Below are positions 41,152 through 52,780 of a DNA stretch of 64,000 nt, one piece after another. The stretch is taken from assembly GCF_963921235.1 (NCBI RefSeq), contig NC_086109.1:37264001-37328000 (forward strand), given 5' to 3'. The position numbers and the translations under genes were made by a program. This DNA comes from Mobula hypostoma. Taxonomy: Eukaryota. Under the pieces are notes generated by a model that worked only from the letters and a program-made list of their open reading frames with translations, ran no database searches and was not told where the DNA came from. Position 1 is the first letter of the stretch. The number at the start of each line of letters is the position of its first letter.

Positions 41152-41876
41152 ACTGGAACAGCTTTTGGACGTCTCCAAACAAGAGTCTTTCATAATCGTG
41201 ACATCCGAACAGACACCAAAATGTTAGTGTACAAAGCAGTGGTAATCCCAACGCACACGTATGCATCAGAAACCTGGACAACATACCGACGACATCTGAA
41301 GGTACTTGAAAAGTTCCATCAATGCTGTGTTCAAAACATCTTAAATATCAGCTGGGAAGATAGAAGAACCAACGTCAGCGTGCTAAATGAAGCAAAAACA
41401 ACAAGTATTGAAGGCTACATCATCAGGAACCAACTAAGATGGAGCGGTCATGTTGTTCAGATGAAAGACGAACGTCTGCCGAAACAAATCTTCTACTCCC
41501 AGCTTAAAGAAGACAAACGTAAAAGAGGCGGACAACAGAAGAGATTCAAAGACGTCTTAAAAGCCAACATGAAGAAATGTAACATCGACATCAACAATTG
41601 GGAAACCGATGCCAAGTACAGGAAACTCTGGCAAGCCGTCATCCGAGAAGGAACAGCAACTTTCGAAGCCAACAGATGTGCAGAATTAGAAGAAAAGAGA
41701 AGAAAATGGAAAGAGAGGCAGCAACAACCAAAGCCCGATCCGCCATCTGGAACTATCTGTCCTGAATGTGGAAGAACTTTCAAAGCCAAGATTGGACTCG
41801 TAAGCCACTTGAGAGCCCATAAGTAGATCAACAGAACGAAGACCATCATCCTCGACCTCGAGGGATAGCCACGACG
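41152..41876 (+). mobile_element. Young 5'-truncated RTE-clade LINE, ORF open to its stop, C-terminal C2H2 finger
   Basis: VYKAVVIPT..YASETWT, QLRWSGHV..M...RLPKQIFYS, CPECGRTFKAKIGLVSHLRAH. TSD GCAGTTAGTTTAACTGC / GCAATGAGTTTAACTGC at 41135-41151 and 41877-41893. Confidence 0.93.
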
Positions 41877-41999
41877 GCAATGAGTTTAACTGCTGCTCCA
41901 GTTCATTCAATAAACTATTCATGGTTCATGATCTCACTGCATGTGGTTTCAGAGACATAATGAGACCCCAAGAAACATGGAACACAACTTAAAAACGTG

Positions 42000-43254
42000 G
42001 ATCTCGTCCATTCCTCCATTCTCCCCAGTATATGCACCTATGTTGCACATAAATGCCATACATATACCTGTATGACAAATGATCGTATCTCAAAAAAGGA
42101 TTACAGTTAACAGGACCTTCACACAAGTGAGAAACATACAGAGTATCCTGTCCCATTAGAAAGTAGTAAAAACAGAAACAAGCCTCTGCCAAATGCAAGT
42201 GTTGGTACAATTTTCATTTAATTCTGTGTTATTTTCTTATTTACTCCCACACATAGAACTGCTATGACACAAAAGCAGTACATTTACTCCATTCAATCTG
42301 TGCTGTGTTTTACAAGATTGATTTCAGTCAGGCCTGTTCCGATACATGAAGGTACATTGAACATCAGTGAAGACTTAGTGGTAATGGCCATACTGAAAAT
42401 AACTTCCAAATGCAGATTCAACCACCTTAAGACTGCAACCTCGCAATGAACAGAGCATACACTTGAATTCTTCACCCATTCACAGTGTCTTTTCTGATCC
42501 TACCAAAATTCAGATTATTACCCATGCTGCAGATGCTGTCAAAGCACATTTTTAGGGTTCCGCGGCTTTACAGCCCTAGGGATAAGCCAATTCGGACTGG
42601 AGCATTGTGGCAGAAAACAGAACATCAGGAACAGCAGATCACCTGTCGGGGTCTCTGTACTCAGATCACATTCTGTCACTCTTTCTCTCATTGGCAGGGG
42701 GAGAGTTTGTTGCCAATTCTCGAGTCAGAGATCTCAGAAAAAAAAAGTGACATGGCAGACGTTAACACCATAAATCAGCAAATTGTTTTTTTTTTGTTAG
42801 TCTCCCCTCGCTATGTGATGCCTCCCTGTTCCTTTATTAGGGAGAGAGAGAGCCTGTGGTATGTTGAATTGTCAGGTGAACGATTAGTGTTTTTGTACCA
42901 CAGATCATGGTCTTTCTTGCAGGCTTTGCTATTGCTTGTTTGGTGGTAGGAGGGTGTTGATGTTTTTTTGTTGAAATAAGTAGCGGGGAGGGAGAGGGTC
43001 TTTGCTCGGCTGCTGCTCTTGTATGGGGTTGAATAGAGGACTTTGGGGTTCTAATGTTTTTACTGTCATTCATTCTTTGGGGCACTCTTCTGTTTTTGTG
43101 GACATCAGTGAAGAACAAGAACTTCATGTTGTACATTCACTGATATTAAATGGAGCTATTGAACTATTGAAGTGCATAAGGTTTGCCCATTTATTTGGAC
43201 TCCTGTTACAACCAATACTTGCCTGGAATACCTGTGATGTCCCATCCCCTGCAC
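42000..43254 (-). pseudogene. PZP (PHD-Zn knuckle-PHD) exon remnants, split by a retroposon
   Basis: CRGWDIT/VFQASIG (cf. CxxCxxxVHQxCYG), FKCMLCSLRGCSLK..GH (cf. CxLCPxxGGAxK..H), GYSVC and VWHLCA; stops and frameshifts. Confidence 0.55.
42550..43169 (+). mobile_element. Non-autonomous retroposon inserted in the PHD exon
   Basis: Homologous to 3790-4670; (TGAACTAT)-type tail; flanks AAGCACAT / AAGTGCAT. Confidence 0.75.
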
Positions 43255-43339
43255 CTACCCACAAAATGGTAGAGGACTGAATATTGATCAAATAGAGTTC
43301 AATCACTAACTGTATGGTGGCTTAAAATGATCCAAAGAA

Positions 43340-45290
43340 TCCTATTCTGCTCCAACAAGTCTGAGTTCAGTTATTCTGCATGCTATTGTCATGCAGTAAA
43401 CTAAACTACGTTAAATGTCCATTATTCTGATGACAAGTGGATAAACTAATGCTTGTGAGTAGTTTTCTTCATACATTGAGCAAAATACCTTGTTTGCCTT
43501 TCAGTCCACATTATATTTTCATCTCTGTATGGTAGCAGCTTTGAAGTTGTGACTGACCATTCACCATTGTTGAGTTTGTTTAATAATTCTAACAGCAGGC
43601 TGTACATTCATATTGAGCGCTGGATATTTAAGCTTAACGAGTTTAACTATAATGTATGACAAGAATACACATAGTTTAAGATGTAGCTGTCCTGTGCTGG
43701 CACCAGTGGAATCAGCAGTTGGTCTGCCACCTGTCTTCAGGAGAGAGAGATAAGGAAAACAACGGAGCAGCTTTTGGAGATGTTAATGAAGGAAGGAGAG
43801 CTGTCAAGAGCGGCTCCCCCTTTGAACCCTGAACTGTTTGAAGTGATGGACAGGCGATAACCCAGCAGGGGGATAAAAAGGGACAGGTTCGCTAAGGCAA
43901 GACACACACGACACCCGAGGTAACAAGACCCTGGAAGCGATGCGTCTCTCACAAGTCAGTGGGAAGTACTGGGCCATAAACGCACAGGGTGGAAAGGCAC
44001 AATCGGCGGGAACCTGATGTGTGTCCACCCTTGCCTGGGTGCCAGGTTCACCGCAGGGAAACGATCGTATCTGGAAACGGAGGGGTCACGGTCGGTGACC
44101 TCAGATGACATCACAAAGGACTCGCCCGAAAGCTGACTGCGAAGGTCTGTGTGGAAGTCGTTTTGAATATTCATTCGTTTTGCTCTCTCTCTCCTTCCCC
44201 CCACTGTCCATCGCCACGGCAGCGATTACTGCAAACTGAACTAAATTGAACTGAACTTTGCGTCACTTTGAAACTGGTCATTTACCCCTAGACAACGATA
44301 GAGCTTGATTGATCCTATTATCTTAATTCTGTGTACATGTATGTTTATCATTGCTGAACTGTTGCATTCATTATCCTTTTGATTAGAGTACTGTGTTGCT
44401 TGTTTCTTTAATAAAACTTTCTTAGTTCTAGTAATCCAGACTCCAACTGAGTGATCCATTTCTGCTGGTTTGGCAACCCAGTTACAGGGTATGTAACAAA
44501 TGTCATATACTGTTCAGTGAATCTGAATTCTCAGAACACTTTTTGCATCATCCCTTGTTTACATCGACCTTATTAATCAGAAAAAGTTCACAGAACAGCA
44601 TTTGGCTATCTGCACATTACTCAAAACAGTGAGACTATGTGAAATCAAAGCTGAAATAAAGCCAGTTGTTATATCATGACAACAATTCAGCTACAAATGT
44701 ATCATGGAAAATCCGCCCTCTCGAAATCCCATACCATCTCTCAACTTGTATTAATGTTGTTATGTTTATTTTTGTTCAGTTTGTCATGTAAGTTATGGAT
44801 AACATCTGTTAATTAATGATTAGGTTAATCTATGATGTACTGTGCTGCTGTTGTATCAACTAATTTATATGGCATTTACAGTTAGCATATGCATACCTAC
44901 ATAGATAAACTTGAACTTGAATGCTGTTCAAACATTGCAATATTGAAAAGATTCAGCATGAGCTTGTGGTCACACCCTTCTCAGATCTTGGGCTCAATTC
45001 ACCTTGTAGTAGTTGTTGACACAAAATGACTGATTTCAAGGAATAGATCACTCTGTAAAACACTAAGCATTCAATGATTAGTGTGCCAAGCAACCAAAAT
45101 CTTAATCCTGCAGGAAATGCTGCAAGAATCAGTTGCCCAGAATTTCACTGGTTGACATCAATGTTGATTCCATAGAGTACAGCTAGATACATATTAGTTT
45201 GGAATTGCAATCAATCCCCTGTTGCTGGGATTGTCTATTTTACTTCTATAAAAATTACCAACCTGAAGCCAAGTCATTATATGCACTTTT
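43340..45290 (+). mobile_element. Ancient Gypsy pol remnant (RNase H to integrase)
   Basis: YGSSFEVVTDHSPLLSLF..IERWIFKLNEFNYNV|IY; GID..CQ integrase zinc-binding remnant near 45040-45090. Confidence 0.75.
43655..44498 (+). mobile_element. Solo LTR, 844 bp
   Basis: Ends TATGACA...TGTAACA, perfect AATG TSD at 43651-43654 and 44499-44502, GATAAAA TATA-like motif at ~43873, AATAAA at ~44410. Confidence 0.88.
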
Positions 45291-45304
45291 GTTATTCAGC
45301 AAGA

Positions 45305-46335
45305 GAACACTGGACCTTTGACTTCCTAACCAGAAGACCATGATCTGTGCGGATCAGAAACAACATCTCCACCTCGCTGACAATCAACACTGGTGCACCA
45401 CGGGGATGTGTGCTTTGCCCACTGCTCAACTCTCTCCACACCCACAAATGTGTGGCTAGGCACAACTCAAACGCCATCTGTAAATTTGTTGACAACTCAA
45501 CCATTGTTGACAAAGTTTCAGATGGTAGTGAGAAGGCATACAGGAGCGAGATATATCAGCTAGTTGACTGGTGCTGCAGCAACAAACTTGCACTCAGTGT
45601 CAGTCAGACCAAATAATTGATTGTGGACTTCAGAAAGGGTAAGATGAGGGAACATCATGGAGAAATCAGAAGTGGAGAGAGTGAGCAATTTCCAGCTCCT
45701 GGGTGTCAACATCTCTGAGGATCTAACCAGGACCCAACATATTAATGCAGCTACTAAGAAAGCACAATAGTGCCTATATTTCATTCGATGTTTGAGAAGA
45801 TTTGGTATAACACCAAAAACACTTGAAAACTTCTACAGATGTACCATAAGAGCATTCAAACTGGCTGCATCACTGTCTGGTATTGGGGGTGGGTTGGGGC
45901 TACTGCACAAGATCAAAATAAGCTGCAGAGAGTTGTAAACGTAGTCAGCTCCATCACTCCGAGGATCCAGGATATTATCAAGGAGTGATGCCTCCAAAAG
46001 GCCGCATCGATCATTCGGGACCCCCATCACCCAGGTCATGCCTTGTTTTCATTGCTACCATCAGGCAGGAGGCAGAGAGGCCTGAAGGCACATCCTCAAC
46101 AATTCAGGAACAGCGTCTTCCCCTCTGCCATCCAATTTCTGAATAGACATTGACACCTCCTCACTACATTTTTATTTCCATTTTTACACTATTTATTTAA
46201 TTTAAATATTTTATATATATACACACACTGAAATTTACAGACTTTTCTCTATTACTATGTGTTGCATTGTACTGTTGCTGCAAAGTCGACAAATTTCGCA
46301 ACATATCCTGGTCATATTAAGCCGGATTCCGATGA
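45305..46335 (+). mobile_element. Rex1/Babar LINE RT fragment
   Basis: [42 protein letters not shown]. Confidence 0.9.
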
Positions 46336-46391
46336 AGAAGACCAGCAATCTGCAGCTCAACAGTGATGACTTCAGGAAGCTTGCAGTTTAC

Positions 46392-46663
46392 CTCCGCTTC
46401 ACATTTCAATGACCATGGACCATTGGTACAGCAGAGTTGTGCAACCTTTACAGAAAGTGCTCGTGATCCATTCCACATGCAAGGTTTGGAAGGAAGGTTT
46501 TTATATTTTTTATGAAATGGTAATACAATGCAGCATACAGAATAGAATCCCACTGCAGCACCAATTTTTGCCCACCAATGTGTACATATTTTCCAAAGTA
46601 TCCTGCAAGTTAGAAGATCAAATAAACGCAGGAGTGACAATGCTAAAAAAAGACACAAAGGAA
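46392..46663 (-). pseudogene. Exon with an MTA/RERE-type GATA zinc finger remnant and the start of a PHD
   Basis: Strong acceptor T10-ctctacAG, donor GAG|GTAAAC. CRIL-x20-CCIVLPFHKKYKNLP has the same spacing and W, G, KKY, L positions as MTA1 CESC-x20-CASCWTYWKKYGGL (recalled). Confidence 0.65.
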
Positions 46664-47062
46664 CTGTAGAGAAAAAAAAAATTAAAGATACAAAGCTCAT
46701 AAAACATGCCAGTCAACTAGGCGAACAACTGCACGTCATGTCTGAAGTAACCACCTTGGAAGTTTCCGTAACTACATCATCACATTGTTCATAATGCAAC
46801 AGGTAAGTTGCCTCAGTCAGCACAGCATTCAAAACACTCCTCACTGTTGTTGAATCTGAATCAGAGAAGAGATTGAACAACCCTAGTTGAACCAATGGTC
46901 AATACACTCAAATATTGAAACTATTAAGCATGATCAAACATACAAGTGGAAATCTCTCTCATAAATGAGTGATTTTATGGCCATGTGATACTAGACTTCA
47001 GCTCATAGAAATATCTAAAGCCTCACCAAATGAAACAAAAACATTAATATAAGCTTTCTTAC

Positions 47063-47290
47063 TTCTGGCTACTTTTCGTTATTCCCATGTAGCATAGGAT
47101 TTCCATCGCAAATAAAACTCTATTATAAGTTTGTTGGTGGTTTGTCCATCAGAAGATATAAATAAATTAATTCAAGAAACTGTGATGGGAAAAAATGAAA
47201 ATGTAAATAGAAAATGAATATAATAGACACCTAAATCAATATCTAACCAGCAGTTTTCAAAACATCATAATAAGTTATTCAGGTCCTACC
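47063..47290 (-). pseudogene. SANT domain remnants (two exon pieces)
   Basis: MF*KLLVRY*FS|FL and, across frameshifts, YLLMDK/TTNKLIIEFYLRWKS; cf. RERE FVKGLRQYGKNFF..LLPNKETGELITFYYYWK. Acceptor at 47180, donor GTAAG at 47062. Confidence 0.65.
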
Positions 47291-47519
47291 ACAGCGAACA
47301 TAACCATGTAATGCAATTCTTTTTATATTCTCACACTAATGTTTTTCTTTGCTACAAATATTTTTCTTCATTTCATTTTACTTCTTAAGCAATAAGAACT
47401 GAAGTAAGGCATAATGAATATTTTAAGATTTGCATTTATTATTAAACCCAAAATAGAATTTACAGTCTGCGTATTACTGCAAATACTATAAATGAGTTAA
47501 ACTACAATGGAAAGTGATG

Positions 47520-48112
47520 TACATTTTTGAAGGATCTGGATAATGTATTGCATCACATATATTATCCTTCAGTTACCTGGCACTTCTTTTTCTTTTATAG
47601 ATTAATGCTATAGGTGCACAGGTATTTGAAGGGAAATTGGTTTTGTGAGGAATTTACTCTGGAATATTGAGTGTATTTGAAATGGAATTTGATAAATTCT
47701 TGATTAGTCAGAGTTTCAAAGGTTATGGGGAGAAGGCAGGAGAATGGAGTTGAGAGGAATAATAAATCATGATGGAATGGTGGAGCAGACTCAATGGACT
47801 GAGTGGCCTAATTCTGCTCCGATGTCTTATGGTCCTGTGGAATTTACCGTGGATATTAACAAACACAGATTTCCCGAGTGCAGGACTAATCCATATTTAT
47901 TACAACAAAAGACAGTTGAGTTAAAAGGTGGTAATTCTGACCTGACAAAAGATAACTGGATTGCCTACTTCCCATTAAATCTCCAGCAGCTGGTTAGAAC
48001 TCTATCCAAACATATCATTAATGATTCCCACTGGTTTTGGTGGTGCAGACAGAGTAGCCCATATATATTAGAGCTTTATTTGCAAATGGTATGCACTGGA
48101 TCCATAGTGTAC
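47520..48112 (-). pseudogene. PHD C-terminal half and ELM2 start remnants, interrupted by a CR1 tail
   Basis: SAYHLQ..TLSAPPKPVG../MICLD followed in frame by AIQLSFVRSELPPF (cf. EIRVGxxxQAxLP). Confidence 0.5.
47658..47838 (+). mobile_element. CR1 3' tail with TSD
   Basis: GGTTATGGGGAGAAGGCAGGAGAATGG...GGCCTAATTCTGCTCC; TSD GGAATTTAC at 47649-47657 and 47839-47847. Confidence 0.85.
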
Positions 48113-49846
48113 CAGTGTCTGAAGAAGCAAACGTGTTGGGTGATGAATAGGGTGATAATCAAGCAGATTATTTTATCCTGATATTTTCAAGTTTTCTGAT
48201 CAGTGTTTGATCCGCAATAATTCATCATAAAACTGACTGTGCCTTCTGAGAGATATCAAGGTACTAAGGAATGAGGAATCAGGTCACAGGAAACCAACTT
48301 CTCACCTGTTTTTGTTTGCAATGCATTTATGTAGCTGGCCTGAACTGTTGACCAATGATGTCAACTCCCCATGCCTAGCACAACTGCACTGTTCCAAAGA
48401 GCTGCAAAGAGGTCATTCTTACCCTCAGCCATCAGGCTCTATAATGAGTCAACCTATAGCTGAGGAAGTAATGACCCCTCCTGTTAGACTGTTTGTAGTA
48501 ACTTATTTTTTTTATTCTTTCTACTTCTCTTCTAGTTTTATACCTGTGCATTTGTAATGCTACTGTGACACTGTAATTTCCCTTTGGGATCAATAAAGTT
48601 TTTATCTTTCAATTAATATGGAGAATCTCAGAATCATGGACTCATACAGCACTAAAACTGGCCCTACTGTCCACTGCATTCATGCCGACCATCAAGAATC
48701 AATCTTTACCAGCACTTGGCAATGGTTCCATGCCTTGGGGATTCAAGTGCTTGTCCAGATACTTTTCAACAGTTGTGAGAATTCCTGTCAACACTACCCA
48801 CTCAGTGTGTTCCAGATTTTAACCACACTCTGGATGAAAACATTTCTGACTGAGATCCCATCTTCATTCTTACCCCTGAGTCTAAAATGATGCCCTCTTT
48901 GCTATGGAAAAAATGTTCCTACCGTCCATTTTATCTAAGTTCCAGGTAATGCTACTGAATGTCAAGGGAAGTTGGTTGGATTGTCTTTGGTCATTCCCTA
49001 GTCACATCAGTCACAACTTATCAGTCATTTGATGGGTTCAAAGTAATTTTATTATCAAATTACATATATGTCACCATATACAACCCTCAGATTCATTTTC
49101 TTGCAGTATACTCAGTAGGTCCTTTATAGAATAATAACCATAATATAATCAATAAAAGGCCACACCAACTTAGGCATGTAGAAGATCAGAATGCAAAAGA
49201 CAACAAATTGTGCAAATACAAAAAGAAAGATAAAATAATAATAAGGAACTGATTGGAGAGATTGAGAAAGGCTTCTTCGGCAGCGAAATCCAGGCCTGAA
49301 GCGAATCTCTGGGCGCCGTGTTCTAAGCCCATAGAGATTCACCACAGTGAGGCCGGGGTCCGAATGTTGTTTGGGCATTCTAAGTGTTGGCCCAGATGCT
49401 GGAGGGCAGGGTGTTGGGCGAGGTTGGATCACTCTGGGTGCTGAGCCAATATGAAGAGGTTGAGAATGGCCTTTCTAGCAGTGAAATCTAGGTTTTGGAC
49501 AATTTCGACATCAGCCAGATAGTCTTGGGGTACCTCTCTCCACGATGCTAAGGCTGTGAGACTACCTCCGGCTGCTGCGCTTCATATCTGCAAACTTTGT
49601 GGTGATTTGCCTCACTAATTTGATGAACTGAATACCAAGGATTTGGGCCTATTCCAGGCTGTTCCAGGGGTTTGGATCTAAGGACTCAATTTGGTTCAAA
49701 ATGCTGTTGTTGCTCTTTTCAATTGTTTGCATGATTTGTTTTATGTATTTTTTTCTCTTTTTCTTTGGGCACCTTACTTTTTTAAATTGGGTTCTTTCAT
49801 GTTCCTTGCTTTGTGACTGCCTGCAAGTAAACAAATCTCAAGGTTA

Positions 49847-50528
49847 GGGAGGAGAAGATGGCGGCACAACGCAGCGCGCGCGGCCTCTCCGGTGAAATGA
49901 TATCGTATTTGTAAGTAGGATGCCGTGCACCTTTCTGATTTGATGGAGACAGACATGAGAGGCATGGAGGAACATCTGGAGAAACTTCTGAAATGCCTGC
50001 TTCGCTGCCGCTGCTACTGTGCGATCGAGAATCTCTGGAGGGGAAGGCCCCAAATCCTCAGCTTTGCCTGTTGCTGGCGGCCGGGGCTGGGGTCAAAGCG
50101 CTCGGCAGAGATGGTGCTCGGTGCTCAGTGTCAGAGCGCTGGTTGGAGGCTCGAAGGTTTCGGACGGATTGAGAGTCGGACTGTGATCGGGTGCTTCCAG
50201 GATGCTGCATTGGCAAGTTTGTGGTGCTGGAAGCTCATGGCAGGGAGAGTTTTCTTCCTTCTACTGTCTGCGTGAGATGTTGGGACTTTCGAGAGACTTT
50301 GAGACTTTTTTTTACTGTGCCCATGGTTTGTTCTTCTATCAAATTACGGTTTTGCTTGCACTGTTGTAACTACATGTTATAATTATGTGGTTTTGTCAGT
50401 TTTTCAGTCTTGGTCTTTGTGTTTCTGTGATATCACACTGGAAGAACATTGTATCATTTCTTAATGCATGCATTACTAAATGGCAATAAAAGAGGACTGT
50501 GTGTCCTCATAATCTAATCTAATCTAAT
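49847..50528 (+). mobile_element. Non-coding ~680-bp retroposon with AAGATGGCGG head and (AATCT)n tail, copy 1
   Basis: Collinear over its length with 51646-52340. Confidence 0.85.
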
Positions 50529-50579
50529 ATAATATAATTTATACATTCTTTGATAATAAATGCATTTTGAACTTTGAAT

Positions 50580-52780
50580 CTATAGGTAAGCAATAAATAT
50601 CAAGAACATGAGATGAAGAAACCCTGAAAGTGAGTCCATTGGTGGCAGGAACATCTCAATGATGGGGCAAGTGAAGTTGAGTGGTTATCCCCTTTGGTTC
50701 AAGACTCTGATGGTTGAGGAGCAATAACTGTTCCTAAACCTGGAGGTGTGAGTGTTGAGGCTCCTGTACCCTCTTCCAGAAGGCAACAGTGAGAAGAGAG
50801 CATGACCTGGGACGTGGGAGTCCACAATGTTGGATGCTGCTTTTCTGCAACAGCCCTCCATGTAGATGTGCTCAATGGTGGGGAGGGCTTTACCCGTGAT
50901 AGGCGGGGCCTTATCCATTCCTTTTGTAAGATATTTTGTTTAAGGGCATTGGTGTTTAGATACCAGGTTGTGATGCAGCCAGACAATATCGTCTCCACCA
51001 CAAATCTATAGAACTTTGTCAATATTTTAGATGTCATGCAGAATCTACGCAAACTGCTAAAAGTACCGGTGCTGCCATGCTTTTTTTGTAATTGCACTTA
51101 TGTGCTGCACCAGGACAAGTCCTCGGAAGTAGTAACACCGAGGAATTTAAAGTTGTTGATCCTTTTCTTCACTGATCCTCCGATGAAGACCTCTGGTTTC
51201 CTTCTCCTAAAGTTCCTTGGTCTTGCTGACATTGAATAAGAGGTTATTGTTATGGCATCACTCAGCCAGATTTTCAATCTCCCTTCGAGATGCTGATTCA
51301 TCATATAGATTTGGCCTTTGACAGTGGGTGTTATCAACAAACTTGAATATGGAATCTGGAATTGGAGCTGTGCTTAGCAACACAGTCATACGCGTAAAAC
51401 AATTAGAGCAGGAAGCTAAGCACACAACCTTGTGGGGCATCTGTGCCAATGAAGATCATGAAGTCAGTCTGAACTGACTGGGATCTGCAAGTGAGAAAAT
51501 CAATAATCCAATTGTACAAGGAGGGATTAAGGCCAACATCTTGAAGCTTATTGATTAGTTTGAGGTGATGGTAGTATTGAATGTCGAACTGTAGTCAATG
51601 AAAAGTATCCTGATGTATGCATCTTTGCTGTCCAGATGAACAGGTGGGAAGAGAAGATGGCGGTGCAACACAACTCGCAGCAGTCACTCCGGTGGTGATG
51701 TCTGTTATTTGTCAAGTAGGGTGCCATGCACAATCCTGATTTGATGGAGATGGATGTGAGAGCACGGAGGAACATCTGGTGAAAACTTCTGAAATGACTG
51801 CTTCGCTGCTGCTGCTACGGTGTGGTCCAGAATCTCCAGAGGAGAAGGCTCCGTGTCCTCGGCTTTGCTTGTTGCTCGGCGGCTGGGGCAGGGTCGAAGC
51901 TCTCGGCAGAGGATGGTGCTCGGAGAGGCTGTGTTGGAGGGATGGTCGGAGGCTCGAAGTTTTCGGACGGACTCGGAGTCCGCTGCGGTCGGGTGCTTCC
52001 AATAGTGCTTCCAATAGTGCTGCATCAGAAAGTTGGCGGCGCTTGGAGGTTCATGACGGGGAGAATTCCTCCCTTCTGCCGCCTGAGTGAGCTGATGAGT
52101 CTGTTGTGACTTTGAGATTTTTTTTTACCGTGCCCATGGTCTGCTCTTTATCAAATTGTGGTATTGTTTTGCACTGTTGTAACTATACGTTATAATTATG
52201 TGGTTTTGTCAGTTTTAGTCTTGATTTGTCCTGTATTTTCTTTTGATATCATTCTGGAGGAATGCTGTATCATTTTTTAATGCATGCATTTCTAAATGAC
52301 AATAAACGAGGACTGAGTGTCCTCATAATCTAATCTAATCCAGGGTTGAGTGAAGAATCAATGAGGTGATATCTGTGTGGGCCTTTTGCTGCAGTAGACA
52401 AATTGGATTAGATCCAAGTCGCTTCTCAGGTAAGAGTTGATATGTTTTAAACCCAACTTCTCAAAACATTTCATCGTCGTGGATGTAAATGCCACTGGAC
52501 AATAGTCATTGAGGCAGATCACCATGCTCTTCTTAGGCACCGGTATAATTGAAGCCTGCTTGAGCAAGTGGGTACCTCAGACTGTTGAAATGAGATGTTA
52601 AGGATCCAATGAACACTCCAGCCAGTTAATCAGCACAAGTCTTTAGTACTTGGCCAGATACCCCAGTTGGACAAGCTGCTTTTCGTGCATTCACTTCTTG
52701 AAGGCTGCAGATACACCTCCTGAAGGCTACTCAGAGACTGAAATCACAGGGTCACCAGGTGCTGCGGTCCCTCCACGTTT
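50580..52780 (-). mobile_element. Rex1/Babar LINE, degenerate, hosting nested insertions
   Basis: IIPVPKK..CLNDYCPVA, FKFLGVTTSEDLSW, LLPSGRGYRS. Confidence 0.88.
51646..52340 (+). mobile_element. Non-coding retroposon with AAGATGGCGG head and (AATCT)n tail, copy 2
   Basis: Homologous to 49847-50528; inserted in a Rex1 copy. Confidence 0.85.

Noticed and set aside
41221..41826. 201-aa ORF with a C2H2 finger as a host zinc-finger gene
   Set aside because: It is the C-terminus of an RTE LINE ORF, 5'-truncated and flanked by a TSD.
46447..46461. ALSVK peptide echoing the duplicated exon ends at 25.4 and 26.1 kb
   Set aside because: Five-residue coincidence with different codons and context.
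49925..52109. Cluster of overlapping GC-rich ORFs
   Set aside because: They arise from the GC-rich non-coding retroposon copies, and the frames are not conserved between the two copies.
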